DNA of 64,000 nt from an uncultured delta proteobacterium. GTDB taxonomy: Bacteria; Desulfobacterota; RBG-13-43-22. Made by a program: the position numbers and the translations under genes. Each line of letters opens with the position of its first letter. The stretch's first letter is position 1. The notes under the pieces are model-generated. The model worked only from the letters and a program-made list of their open reading frames with translations. It did no database searches and had not been told where the DNA came from. The stretch spans positions 192,001-256,000 of the forward strand of contig CAWJJC010000028.1 of assembly GCA_963843145.1 (NCBI GenBank), read 5' to 3'. This document shows, piece by piece, positions 1-8,938 of the stretch.

Positions 1-1659
1 CACATCGTCAATTCTACCGAGGATGCGGACATAACCGTCCTCAGCCACCACCGCGGCATCACCGGTCAGATATGGCCAATCCTGCCACCGCTTGCTCTTT
101 GGGTCTTTGCAGTATCTTTCAAAATAAGTCTTGACAAAACGGTCGCGGTCTCCCCAGATGGTCTGGAACATGCCGGGCCACGGGTTTTGGATGCAGATGT
201 TGCCGGCCTTGCCTGATCCTGCTGGAACGACGTTGCCGTCATTGTCATAAACGATCGGATGGATACCGGGCATACCCGGGCCGGCACTGCCGGGCTTCAT
301 GGGCTTAATGGCCGGGAGGGTGCTGCACAGGAAACCGCCGTTTTCGGTCTGCCACCAGGTATCCACAATGATCGCCTCGCCTTTGCCGACCTCCTTATAA
401 TACCATCTCCAGACTTCAGGCTCAATCGGCTCACCCACGGTGGTCATATGCTTGAAGTGATAATTGTATTTCTTCGGCTCGTCAGGACCGACCTTTCTTA
501 GTGCCCGGATGGCCGTCGGTGCGGTGTGGAATATATTCACGTCGAGGTCCTGAGCAATCCTCCAGGATCGGCCGGCATCCGGATAGGTAGGGACGCCTTC
601 ATAAATAACCGTGGAGGCCGCTAAGGCCAGCGGACCATAAACAATGTAGGAATGGCCCGTAATCCAGCCGATGTCCGCCATACACCAGTAAACGTCTTCC
701 GGATGAATATCCTGAACGTATTTCGAGGTGCCGGTGACATACGCCAGATAACCCCCGGTACTGTGCTGGGCGCCTTTGGGCTTTCCGGTGGTGCCGCTGG
801 TATACATGAGAAACAGCGGCGCTTCCGCGGGCATCTTGACCGGCTCAATCCGGGCGCCGTAATACTTTTTCAGCAGGTCATTGACAAAAAAGTCGCGCCC
901 TTCCACCATCGGGATCTTCGAAGAATACTTGCCGGGATAGCGCTGCCAGACCAGGACCTTTTTGACCTGCTGTCCGTCTTTGGCCGCCTCGGCCAGGGCA
1001 ATATCCGCCTTTTCTTTATGTTCTTGAAGCTGGCCGGATCGATAATAGGCGTCCATCGTGATCAGGTATTCACTTCCCGAGTCCACGATCCGGTCGGCGC
1101 AGGCCCTGGCGCTGAACCCGCCGAAGACCTGAGAATGAATAACGCCCAGTCTGGCGCAGGCCAGCATCGTGATGGGTAGTTCGGCCACCATGGGCAAATG
1201 CAGGGTGACCCGGTCCCCGGCCTTCAGTCCGCATTCATTCTGCAGGATGGCGGCAAACTCATTCACCCGGACATACAACTCCTGGTAGGTGACATGCTCG
1301 GTCTTCTCATTCTCCAGCTCCGGGACGAAGTGGATCGCGGTTTTGTTCTTATACTGGGCCAGATGCCGGTCAATACAGTTGTAGCTGGCATTGATCAAGC
1401 CGCCCTTAAACCATTTGTAACAGGGGGCATCACTGGTATCGAGGATTTCGTCCCAGTACTTGTACCAGGTCAGCATATCGGCATATTCTTTGAAACAGTT
1501 GGGAAAATTTTCCAATGAAAAACGATCATAGATCGATTCATCGGTCATGTTGGCCTGGGCAATGAACTTCACCGAAGGATAAACCAACCCTTCTTCCTGC
1601 CAATGCACCGCTATTTCAGCTTCGGACGCTTCAACGCCTTTTTCTTCTTTTTCAGCCAT
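1..1659 (-). CDS. acs: Acetyl-CoA synthetase (3' end runs off window)
   Basis: Absent from the ORF track because there is no stop in the window. Manual translation from ATG 1659 (AAGGAG RBS) gives MAEKEEKGVEASEAEIAVHWQEE, AMP-binding YTSGTTGKPKG, and DGYVRILGRIDDV at the window edge. Adjacent to actP. Confidence 0.95.
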   Translation of the reverse strand, partial: MAEKEEKGVEASEAEIAVHWQEEGLVYPSVKFIAQANMTDESIYDRFSLENFPNCFKEYADMLTWYKYWDEILDTSDAPCYKWFKGGLINASYNCIDRHLAQYKNKTAIHFVPELENEKTEHVTYQELYVRVNEFAAILQNECGLKAGDRVTLHLPMVAELPITMLACARLGVIHSQVFGGFSARACADRIVDSGSEYLITMDAYYRSGQLQEHKEKADIALAEAAKDGQQVKKVLVWQRYPGKYSSKIPMVEGRDFFVNDLLKKYYGARIEPVKMPAEAPLFLMYTSGTTGKPKGAQHSTGGYLAYVTGTSKYVQDIHPEDVYWCMADIGWITGHSYIVYGPLALAASTVIYEGVPTYPDAGRSWRIAQDLDVNIFHTAPTAIRALRKVGPDEPKKYNYHFKHMTTVGEPIEPEVWRWYYKEVGKGEAIIVDTWWQTENGGFLCSTLPAIKPMKPGSAGPGMPGIHPIVYDNDGNVVPAGSGKAGNICIQNPWPGMFQTIWGDRDRFVKTYFERYCKDPKSKRWQDWPYLTGDAAVVAEDGYVRILGRIDDV

Positions 1660-1970
1660 AGTTTTTTTCACTCCTTTTTATATTTTTTTCAGGCTCTAAA
1701 TTAACGCCTTACCAAATTTTCTCGCTTGCTCGTTTTACCCTTCTTCCCCTCACAACACTGACACCGTAGTCCTACTGGTTTAATCACCATTTCCGTTTTG
1801 TTTACTTCTCCCTCGCGGGGGAGGGTGATACGCTGTTCAGTGATGGATGATAAATTTCACAAACAGGTTGCGCATCCGTAAAGAAAAGAGATTTTCGGAT
1901 GAAAGCTATCAGCGATCAGCCTTTAGAGAGAGACAGAAAGCAATAGTCTAGGCTGATGGCTAAGAGCTAT

Positions 1971-2009
1971 TCGTTCCATCCGGAAACAGGTCGTTTCCGG
2001 ATGGAACGA
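1971..2009. terminator. Perfect 17-bp stem hairpin just after the actP stop (terminator or mRNA-stability element)
   Basis: tcgttccatccggaaac-aggtc-gtttccggatggaacga; no clear U-tract. Confidence 0.55.
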
Positions 2010-2030
2010 TGTTAATGAGCGGATTACCTG

Positions 2031-3575
2031 TTACTCCGAGCCCACACCCAGATAGGTCCTGACCAGGGTTCCTTCAAACTTGGCCTCGGCCTCCTTATCC
2101 GGCGCCACAATAGAAACGATCCAAGCGGCTAGAAAGGCCAGGGTCATGGTCAAAATAGCCGGATTCCGTAAGGGAAAGATGGCTTCTTTGTGCTTAAGGA
2201 CATCGACCCACACAGTAGGACTGAGGATAATGCAAATCACGGCGGACACCGAGCCGACGACAATTGCCGCAAACGCCCCCCAGGTAGTGAGTTTCTTCCA
2301 GACGATGGACAGGAAAATAGCTGGAAAAGGGCCGCTGCAGGCAATGCCAAAGGTCAGGCCGACCATATAGGCCACATTCTGACCCTTAAAGGCGATCCCG
2401 GTCAGAATGGCGATTATGCCAAAAATGACGGTGGCCATTTTTGCCACTTTGACCTGTTCACTCTCAGTGGATTTTCCACCCTTAAAGACATTCAGATAGA
2501 TGTCATGGGCCATGGCCGAAGCCGCGGCCAGGGTCAAACCGGACACTACGGCCAGGATGGTGGCAAAGGCCACGGCGGCGATAAAGCCCATGAAAGGATT
2601 CCCCCCCAGAAGTTCGGCCAGGAGCGGGGCAGCCATGTTGCCGCCCTTATCGATTTTGGTGATCAGGTCTTTGCCCACCAGTACAGCGGCGGAAAAACCG
2701 ACAATGGGGATGATACAGTAGAAATAGCCGATCAAGGTGGTGGCCCACATAACCGACTTGCGGGCCGCCTTGGCATCGGGCACGGTGTAGAAACGCATCA
2801 GAATATGGGGCAGGCCCAGGAGGCCGAGCATGAGGGCCAGGCCCAGAGAAATGGCGTCTAAGGGATTTTTGACCAGACCGCCCGGATTGAGCATCTTGAC
2901 GCTGTACATTTTCTGAACTTCCCCATAAAGGACCCCGGGGTTAAAGTTGAAATGGGACATGCCGATCAGCATCAGGACCGTCACCCCGCCCAGGAGCAAA
3001 CAGGCCTTGATGATCTGAACCCAGGTGGTGGCGATCATCCCGCCGAAGAGGACGTACATGAGCATAACCACCCCGACGAATATCTCCGCCACCTCATAAG
3101 GCATCCCGAACATCAACTTGATCAGGACGCCGGCCCCGACCATCTGAGCCGTGGCATAAGTCCATAAGACCAGGATGCCGCCAATGGCTGCGGCGATGCG
3201 GATGGGTCCTTGTTTCAAACGATAGGCCACCACGTCGGCAAAAGTATATTTCCCTAAGTTCCGCAGGGGTTCGGCCATCAGAAACATCAGGGCCGGCCAG
3301 CCTACCAGCCAACCCAGGGCATAAATCATGCCGTCATAGCCTTTCAAGGCGGTCATGCCGCAAATACCCAGGAAAGAGGCGGCCGACATATAGTCCCCGG
3401 CCAGAGCGATGCCGTTCTGGAAGCCGGTAATACTCCGACCGGCAGCATAATATTCTTTGGTGGTCTTGGTCCGTTTGGCCGCCCAATAGGTAATGACCAA
3501 AGTAAAAGCTATAAAGACAACAAAAAATATGATCGCCGTGGCATTGGTTTCCCCTATACCAGTTGTTCCTCCCAT
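2031..3575 (-). CDS. actP: Cation/acetate symporter (SSS family)
   Basis: GIALAGDYMSAASFLG, GLPHILMRFYTVPDAKAARKS, many TM helices. Start moved to ATG 3575 behind AGGAGG. Confidence 0.93.
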   Translation of the reverse strand: MGGTTGIGETNATAIIFFVVFIAFTLVITYWAAKRTKTTKEYYAAGRSITGFQNGIALAGDYMSAASFLGICGMTALKGYDGMIYALGWLVGWPALMFLMAEPLRNLGKYTFADVVAYRLKQGPIRIAAAIGGILVLWTYATAQMVGAGVLIKLMFGMPYEVAEIFVGVVMLMYVLFGGMIATTWVQIIKACLLLGGVTVLMLIGMSHFNFNPGVLYGEVQKMYSVKMLNPGGLVKNPLDAISLGLALMLGLLGLPHILMRFYTVPDAKAARKSVMWATTLIGYFYCIIPIVGFSAAVLVGKDLITKIDKGGNMAAPLLAELLGGNPFMGFIAAVAFATILAVVSGLTLAAASAMAHDIYLNVFKGGKSTESEQVKVAKMATVIFGIIAILTGIAFKGQNVAYMVGLTFGIACSGPFPAIFLSIVWKKLTTWGAFAAIVVGSVSAVICIILSPTVWVDVLKHKEAIFPLRNPAILTMTLAFLAAWIVSIVAPDKEAEAKFEGTLVRTYLGVGSE

Positions 3576-3585
3576 AATAACCTCC

Positions 3586-3885
3586 TTATCCCATCGTTTG
3601 TTTAATGGAATCGACTTCTTTGTCGTAAACGTTATTGGCCCAGACAACATAAATCGCGGTCAATATCCAGGCAATCACAATACCACCGACCCCGAAGAGG
3701 ATTCCCCAGTTGGTAAATTCGCCCACTTTTTGGCTGAGGAATTCCGGCCCATAGGCGATAGTCAGAATAATCCCGTAATAGCTGGCAAAGAGCAGGATGG
3801 TCAGGATGATACTGATGCTCCACCTTTTCCTGACCAAGGCTTTGAACCTATCTGAAGTGACAATTTCATGCGCGGTCTTACCCAT
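3586..3885 (-). CDS. DUF485 (YjcH-like) small membrane partner of ActP
   Basis: Two TM helices, YVVWANNVYD motif, directly upstream of actP. Confidence 0.9.
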   Translation of the reverse strand: MGKTAHEIVTSDRFKALVRKRWSISIILTILLFASYYGIILTIAYGPEFLSQKVGEFTNWGILFGVGGIVIAWILTAIYVVWANNVYDKEVDSIKQTMG

Positions 3886-3905
3886 AACCTTCCCTCCTTT
3901 TAGTT

Positions 3906-4631
3906 TTAGAAATTACTGATTAGTGTCGGCGCCCGGAATCGATCCTCACCTCCTTTGTAGGGGTCGCCAATAGTTACTATATCTGCCAGAGTATGGACCC
4001 CCGACCTTTCCAACCAGGGGAGTAATCGTTGAAATACCTGGGCCGTAAGAAAGGCATCCATCAGGGCGTTATGGGCGCCGCCGATGGGGATGTCGAAAGC
4101 CTTGGCCATTTCGAATAAATCCGGTTTGAGAGGCAGATGGCCGAAAAAGTTTTCGGAAGACCATCTCCGCCAAAGCCACTGATAGAGGATAAAGGTATCC
4201 AGGGCCGGGTTGGTCAACAGGGATCCAAGCCAACGCTTCGTTTCCCGGTTAATAAAATCCAGATCGATGGCCGTGAAGTGACCCACGATCACGTCATCCC
4301 CGCAGAATTTCAGGAATTCCGGGAGGACCGTCTGGATTTCTTTTTCCTGGCTGACTTCCGAGGGTGTAATTTCGTGAACGGCAATCGCGGCATGGCCCAT
4401 CGGGCTGGTGGGTTTCACTAAACTGTAAAACTGATTCCCGAGTTCAATGCGGGCCCGGTTCATCTTCACGGCCCCGATGGAGAGGATCGAATCCCGCTTC
4501 TCATCCAGGCCGGTGAGTTCAGTGTCCACAAAGACATAGGGCACATCCCTTAAGGGACATTGAAAATATCCGGATCCGAAAGAGACCGTTCCGGGTTTGG
4601 AGACCGATTTCTTGAAAAAACTAAATTTCAT
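3906..4631 (-). CDS. DEDDh 3'-5' exonuclease (DNA Pol III epsilon-like)
   Basis: VDTELTGLD, HEIT, HNALMDA motifs. Confidence 0.88.
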   Translation of the reverse strand: MKFSFFKKSVSKPGTVSFGSGYFQCPLRDVPYVFVDTELTGLDEKRDSILSIGAVKMNRARIELGNQFYSLVKPTSPMGHAAIAVHEITPSEVSQEKEIQTVLPEFLKFCGDDVIVGHFTAIDLDFINRETKRWLGSLLTNPALDTFILYQWLWRRWSSENFFGHLPLKPDLFEMAKAFDIPIGGAHNALMDAFLTAQVFQRLLPWLERSGVHTLADIVTIGDPYKGGEDRFRAPTLISNF

Positions 4632-4773
4632 TTGGGCGCAGGGCCGTACCTATAGTTTTCGCCGAAACCCCGGGGCCTGGTCCTCTCTATGACCCGGTCC
4701 CGGGAATTCAGGCTGATCTAGGAATCTGTTTAGTAATGAATAGGGGGATTCTAATCTGGCTGTGAGGTGTGGT

Positions 4774-5088
4774 TTAACAGCGAAGTGCAAATAGACTGCT
4801 TTTAGGGAGAGAGAAAATGACCGAGGAGGAACGCCATTTTCTAAAAAAAGAAAATGCTAAAATCAACAAAACAAGTATCAGGGGATTGATAACAATCAGC
4901 CCTTCACAATCGTTGGCTAGATTTATGGAAAGTGAATTCTCAAAACAAGGGTCGCTACTATAAGAATACTCATCACTGGATGCCGTGGAAGCGTCCAATG
5001 GGGAAAGAAAGCAGAAAAATACAAAACAGAAGATGATCGAAATAGAGGTCGATTTGTTTAGGAAAGGTTTGATTTTCATCATAGGCAT
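4774..5088 (-). CDS. Hypothetical low-GC membrane protein (doubtful)
   Basis: 104-aa ORF with two hydrophobic stretches, downstream of a sigma54-like promoter; no recognisable family. Confidence 0.3.
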   Translation of the reverse strand: MPMMKIKPFLNKSTSISIIFCFVFFCFLSPLDASTASSDEYSYSSDPCFENSLSINLANDCEGLIVINPLILVLLILAFSFFRKWRSSSVIFSLPKSSLFALRC

Positions 5089-5210
5089 TTGTTCAAAATG
5101 GGGGGCCGCGGTTTTATCGGGCCATGACGCCGGTCGAAATATGGCCCTATTCCATTGTCTCGGGAGCTTACGGGCTGTACTTGCTATTCATGATTTATGC
5201 ATCATGAGTT

Positions 5211-5226
5211 AGCAAGCATAATGCCA
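5211..5226 (-). promoter_or_regulatory. sigma54 (-24/-12) promoter facing the acetate cluster
   Basis: Minus strand TGGCATTATGCTTGCT has exact GG-N10-GC spacing, with an AT-rich upstream region. Confidence 0.65.
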
Positions 5227-5541
5227 GGGAAGCCTTCCAATTCGAATTAATTAGTTAACGAATTGATTTTTATCGTTTTATATTTATTTGACCACCTAGT
5301 TTTGTCTTTGGGATGGAAAGTATAACTGGAAAATAGATGTTACTTTTTGTATCATTTTATTGAATTAATATAAATTTTTTATATATATTAATTAGTTAAA
5401 CGATATTACCATAAGTGACAACGGCCAATCGTTTATGGGTAAAAAAGTAACAAAAAATAGAAAGAAGGCATTATCTTTGGACTGAATAGCAAATGATTAT
5501 TGCTTGACAGAAGCCGGATAATGCTAATTAAGGGGCTTTTG

Positions 5542-5737
5542 AAGCCCCAAATGCGTTTGGTTGAGACGCACTGGGTGAGAGGGCTGGTCCGGACTCGAGG
5601 AAGTGACTTGGATCAATAGTTCTGCGAATGGCCTTGTTGAAAACCTATTCCAGGTTGGGGAAAACAGGCCCTGACGAATCCGGAAGAAATTTGAACTTTC
5701 CGCAACCCCCAGGGCCTCAAGGGCCGACGGCTTGGGC
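5542..5737 (+). ncRNA. Candidate structured ncRNA, possibly 6S RNA
   Basis: Nested pairings by eye: agccc/gggct, ttgag/ctcaa, ctggg/cccag, tccggactcg/cgaatccgga, ggcc(t)tgtt/aacaggcc. TTGACA lies ~35 nt upstream. Confidence 0.5.
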
Positions 5738-5743
5738 TAGGTC

Positions 5744-8536
5744 TTACCTGCTCTTATCCGCCGAGCGGGCGGCCAGGACGGCGTGCGCGGCCGCCAACCG
5801 GGCAATGGGTACCCGGTGGGGGGAGGCCGAGACATAGCTGAGTCCTATTTTGTGACAAAAATAAATAGCCTTGGGGTTCCCCCCGTGTTCCCCGCAGATC
5901 CCGATCTTTAGATCCGGTTTGACCTGGCGGGCAAAATCCACGCTGATCATCATCAGCCGGCCGACCCCTTCCTCATCCAGGGTCTCAAAGGGGTTGTCCT
6001 GCAGGATCTGATACTTGTCATAGAGGGGCAGAAACTCCCGCTCGGCGTCTTCCCGGGAAAAGGAGAAGGTGGCCTGGGTCAGGTCGTTCGTGCCGAAGGA
6101 AAAGAACTCGGAGATTTCAGCCAGTTTATTGGCCCGCATGCAGGCCCGGACCACCTCGATCATGGTCCCGAATTTATAAGGAATCTCCACCTGGTAGCGC
6201 TGGCGAACGTCCTCATAAATCGTTTTGACCCGGTCCTTGACCCAGGCCAGTTCTTCGACGACGCCCACCTGTGGGACCATTATTTCCGGGCGCACATCCA
6301 CCCCTTCCTTCAGCAGCTCAGCCGAGGCCTCCAGGATGGCCTGGATCTGCATATCATAGATCTCCGGGTAAGAGATGCCGAGCCGCACCCCCCGATGGCC
6401 CAGCATGGGATTGACTTCGGACACGGCCCGAACCTTCTTTAAGGTCTCCTCCTTGAAGCGCAACAGGTCTTCATCGATTTTCTTTTCCCGTATTTCCGTC
6501 AATTCCCGGCTGACGGCTTCGATCCAGGGGATGTATTTGTGCAGGTTGGGGTCGAGCATTTTAATAGTCTCCGGAAGCTCGAAGATGGTCCGGATGCCCC
6601 GGGAAAAATCCTTCAGCAGGGAAATTTCGGTCATCAGCTCTTCCGCTGAGGGCAGGAACTCATGGATGGGAGGATCCAGCAGGCGGATGGTCACCGGCAA
6701 GCCCTCCATGGCCTTTAAAATATCCTTGAAGTCCTGTTTCTGAAAGGGCATGAGATCCAAGGCCCTCTTCTTCCGGTCTTCGGGGTCGGTGGCCAGGATC
6801 ATGCGCTGGACGATGGGCAGCCGGTCGCTGGCATTGAACATCCGCTCGGTCCGGCACAGTCCGATTCCCTGGGCCCCGTAGCTTCGGGCCTTTCGGGCCA
6901 TCTCCGGCGTATCGGCGTTGGCCATGACCCCCAGGGATCTCAGGTCGTCGGCCCAGCCCAGAAGCTCCAGCAATTCATCCATGAATTCGGGTTCCACGGT
7001 AGGCACTTCGCCGGCGTAGACGGCTCCGGCAGATCCATCGATAGTCAGGATCTCCCCTTCCCGAAAGACCTGGTTGCCGAGATGTACTTCCCGTTTGCTC
7101 AGGTCGATCTCCAGGGCTTCGCAGCCGGCCACGCAGGGCTTGCCCATGCCCCGGGCCACCACTGCCGCGTGGGAAGTTTTTCCCCCGCGGCTGGTCAGAA
7201 TACCCCGGGCGGCAAAAAAACCATGGATGTCTTCCGGTTTGGTTTCTTCCCGGACCAGGAGAATCGGTTCTCCCAACTGGCCCTGGGCCTCGGCCTTGTC
7301 GGCATCGAGGACTATTTTTCCGGAAGCAGCCCCGGGAGAGGCGTTGATCCCGGTGGCTAGAGGGGCCCCCTTATATTTGGGATCGATCTGGGGGTGGAGC
7401 ATCTGTTCCAGGTGTTCCGGTTTGACCCGGAGTATGGCCTCTTCTTCATTGATGAGCCCCTGATGGACCAATTCAATGGAAGTCCGGACCGCGGCCCAGG
7501 CATTCATTTTCCCGTGGCGGGTCTGGAGGCAGTATAGTTTTCCGTTTTCGATGGTGAATTCAAAATCCTGGATTTCCCGGTAGTGATTTTCCAGGGTATG
7601 CCGGAGGGCCTCCAGTTGCCGGTAGACGGTCGGCATTTCCTTGCGCAACTGTCGGAGGGGCTTGGGGGTCCGGATTCCGGCTACGACGTCTTCGCCCTGG
7701 GCGTTGACTAAATATTCGCCGTAAAGATAATTTTCTCCGGTACCCGGGTCCCGGGTAAAGGCCACTCCGGTGGCGCTGGTCTCGCCCATGTTCCCGAATA
7801 CCATGGCCACAATATTGACGGCCGTCCCATTAGCCTGATCGGCGGTGATGTTAAACTCCCGGCGATAGTCCACGGCCCGTTTACCCATCCAAGAACTGAA
7901 AACCGCCTCGATGGACAGTTCCAGTTGTTTGTTCACGTCATTGGGAAATTCCTTCCCGGTTTTTTTCTTGATCAATTTCTTAAACTTTTGGGCCAAGTCT
8001 TTCAATTGGTCCACTTGAAGTTCCGTATCCATCTGGACCCCGGCTTGTTCCTTGCTCTGGTTCATAATCCGGTCAAAATCTTCATCCCCGAGGTTCAGGG
8101 CGATCTTGCCGAAAAGCTGTAAAAAACGCCGGTAGGCATCATAGACGAAACGATCGTTTTGGGTCAATTGGCACAGGCCTTCGGCCGTTTCGTCGTTTAA
8201 ACCCAGGTTGAGAATGGTATCCATCATGCCCGGCATGGACATGGCCGAACCTGAACGGACTGAAACCAGCAGGGGGTTGGTTTTGGAGCCGAAACCCTTG
8301 CCGCTCTTTTTCTCCAGGTCCTCCATATGTGCCCGAACTTCCTCCATCAGGCCCTTGGGCAGCTTTTTATTTTCTTCGAAATACTGAAGACAGGCCTCGG
8401 TGGTAATAACGAATCCGGGGGGGACCGGCAGGCCGATTTGGGTCATTCCGCATAAGTTGGCGCCTTTGCCGCCCAGGAGTTGTTTGTTTTTCCCGTCGCC
8501 TTCTTCAAAACCGAACACGAATTTTTTTCGGGTCAT
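5744..8536 (-). CDS. ppdK: Pyruvate, phosphate dikinase
   Basis: LLGGKGANL, LVSVRSG, GGKTSHAAVVARG (phospho-His), FSFGTNDLTQ, GICGEHGG. Confidence 0.97.
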   Translation of the reverse strand: MTRKKFVFGFEEGDGKNKQLLGGKGANLCGMTQIGLPVPPGFVITTEACLQYFEENKKLPKGLMEEVRAHMEDLEKKSGKGFGSKTNPLLVSVRSGSAMSMPGMMDTILNLGLNDETAEGLCQLTQNDRFVYDAYRRFLQLFGKIALNLGDEDFDRIMNQSKEQAGVQMDTELQVDQLKDLAQKFKKLIKKKTGKEFPNDVNKQLELSIEAVFSSWMGKRAVDYRREFNITADQANGTAVNIVAMVFGNMGETSATGVAFTRDPGTGENYLYGEYLVNAQGEDVVAGIRTPKPLRQLRKEMPTVYRQLEALRHTLENHYREIQDFEFTIENGKLYCLQTRHGKMNAWAAVRTSIELVHQGLINEEEAILRVKPEHLEQMLHPQIDPKYKGAPLATGINASPGAASGKIVLDADKAEAQGQLGEPILLVREETKPEDIHGFFAARGILTSRGGKTSHAAVVARGMGKPCVAGCEALEIDLSKREVHLGNQVFREGEILTIDGSAGAVYAGEVPTVEPEFMDELLELLGWADDLRSLGVMANADTPEMARKARSYGAQGIGLCRTERMFNASDRLPIVQRMILATDPEDRKKRALDLMPFQKQDFKDILKAMEGLPVTIRLLDPPIHEFLPSAEELMTEISLLKDFSRGIRTIFELPETIKMLDPNLHKYIPWIEAVSRELTEIREKKIDEDLLRFKEETLKKVRAVSEVNPMLGHRGVRLGISYPEIYDMQIQAILEASAELLKEGVDVRPEIMVPQVGVVEELAWVKDRVKTIYEDVRQRYQVEIPYKFGTMIEVVRACMRANKLAEISEFFSFGTNDLTQATFSFSREDAEREFLPLYDKYQILQDNPFETLDEEGVGRLMMISVDFARQVKPDLKIGICGEHGGNPKAIYFCHKIGLSYVSASPHRVPIARLAAAHAVLAARSADKSR

Positions 8537-8571
8537 GATCCTTTTCTCCTTGCTGCCGGGGATGGTTGAGG

Positions 8572-8629
8572 TAGATTCTTACATCCATTGTTCTGAGAAA
8601 TTGTCTCTAACAATGGATGTAAGAATCTA
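8572..8629. repeat. 58-bp palindrome (21-bp perfect arms), copy 1
   Basis: tagattcttacatccattgtt-16nt-aacaatggatgtaagaatcta; near-identical copy at 27923. Confidence 0.9.
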
Positions 8630-8779
8630 AATTAAAAGACGTTATCTTTAAATATTTTTGGCTGGTCCTTGACCTTTTATTAAGAGTTTGTTTTTAACTC
8701 ATTTTTGTCTATAATGCAAATATCTTGTTGAATTTTTACCGGGAAATAGGTTATTATCACCGAACCCTAAAGGAAGCGA

Positions 8780-8938
8780 ATGACGACGATGGGTGAGACG
8801 ACCAGGAACGCCGAAGCGGATGACAGCAACCAGGACTGGTTGATTATTTCGATTATTTTCTGGGTCCTTTTTGTTCTAATCGTGAGTATCGGCTATTTAT
8901 CCGATCCCAACTACACGCCCCCCCTGTTTCATCCCTAG
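8780..8938 (+). CDS. Small (52 aa) single-TM protein
   Basis: AAAGGAAG RBS; MTTMGETTRNAEADDSNQDWLIISIIFWVLFVLIVSIGYLSDPNYTPPLFHP. Confidence 0.5.
   Translation: MTTMGETTRNAEADDSNQDWLIISIIFWVLFVLIVSIGYLSDPNYTPPLFHP

Noticed and set aside
66-1518. Several ORFs of 73-175 aa in the track
   Set aside because: Shadow frames of acs, which the track missed because it runs off the window
4640-4735. Hairpin upstream of the exonuclease as a riboswitch
   Set aside because: A single stem with no recognisable aptamer consensus
6375-6660. Apparent helical insertion in PPDK (possible intein)
   Set aside because: No intein Cys/His-Asn termini; reads as an ordinary lineage-specific insertion
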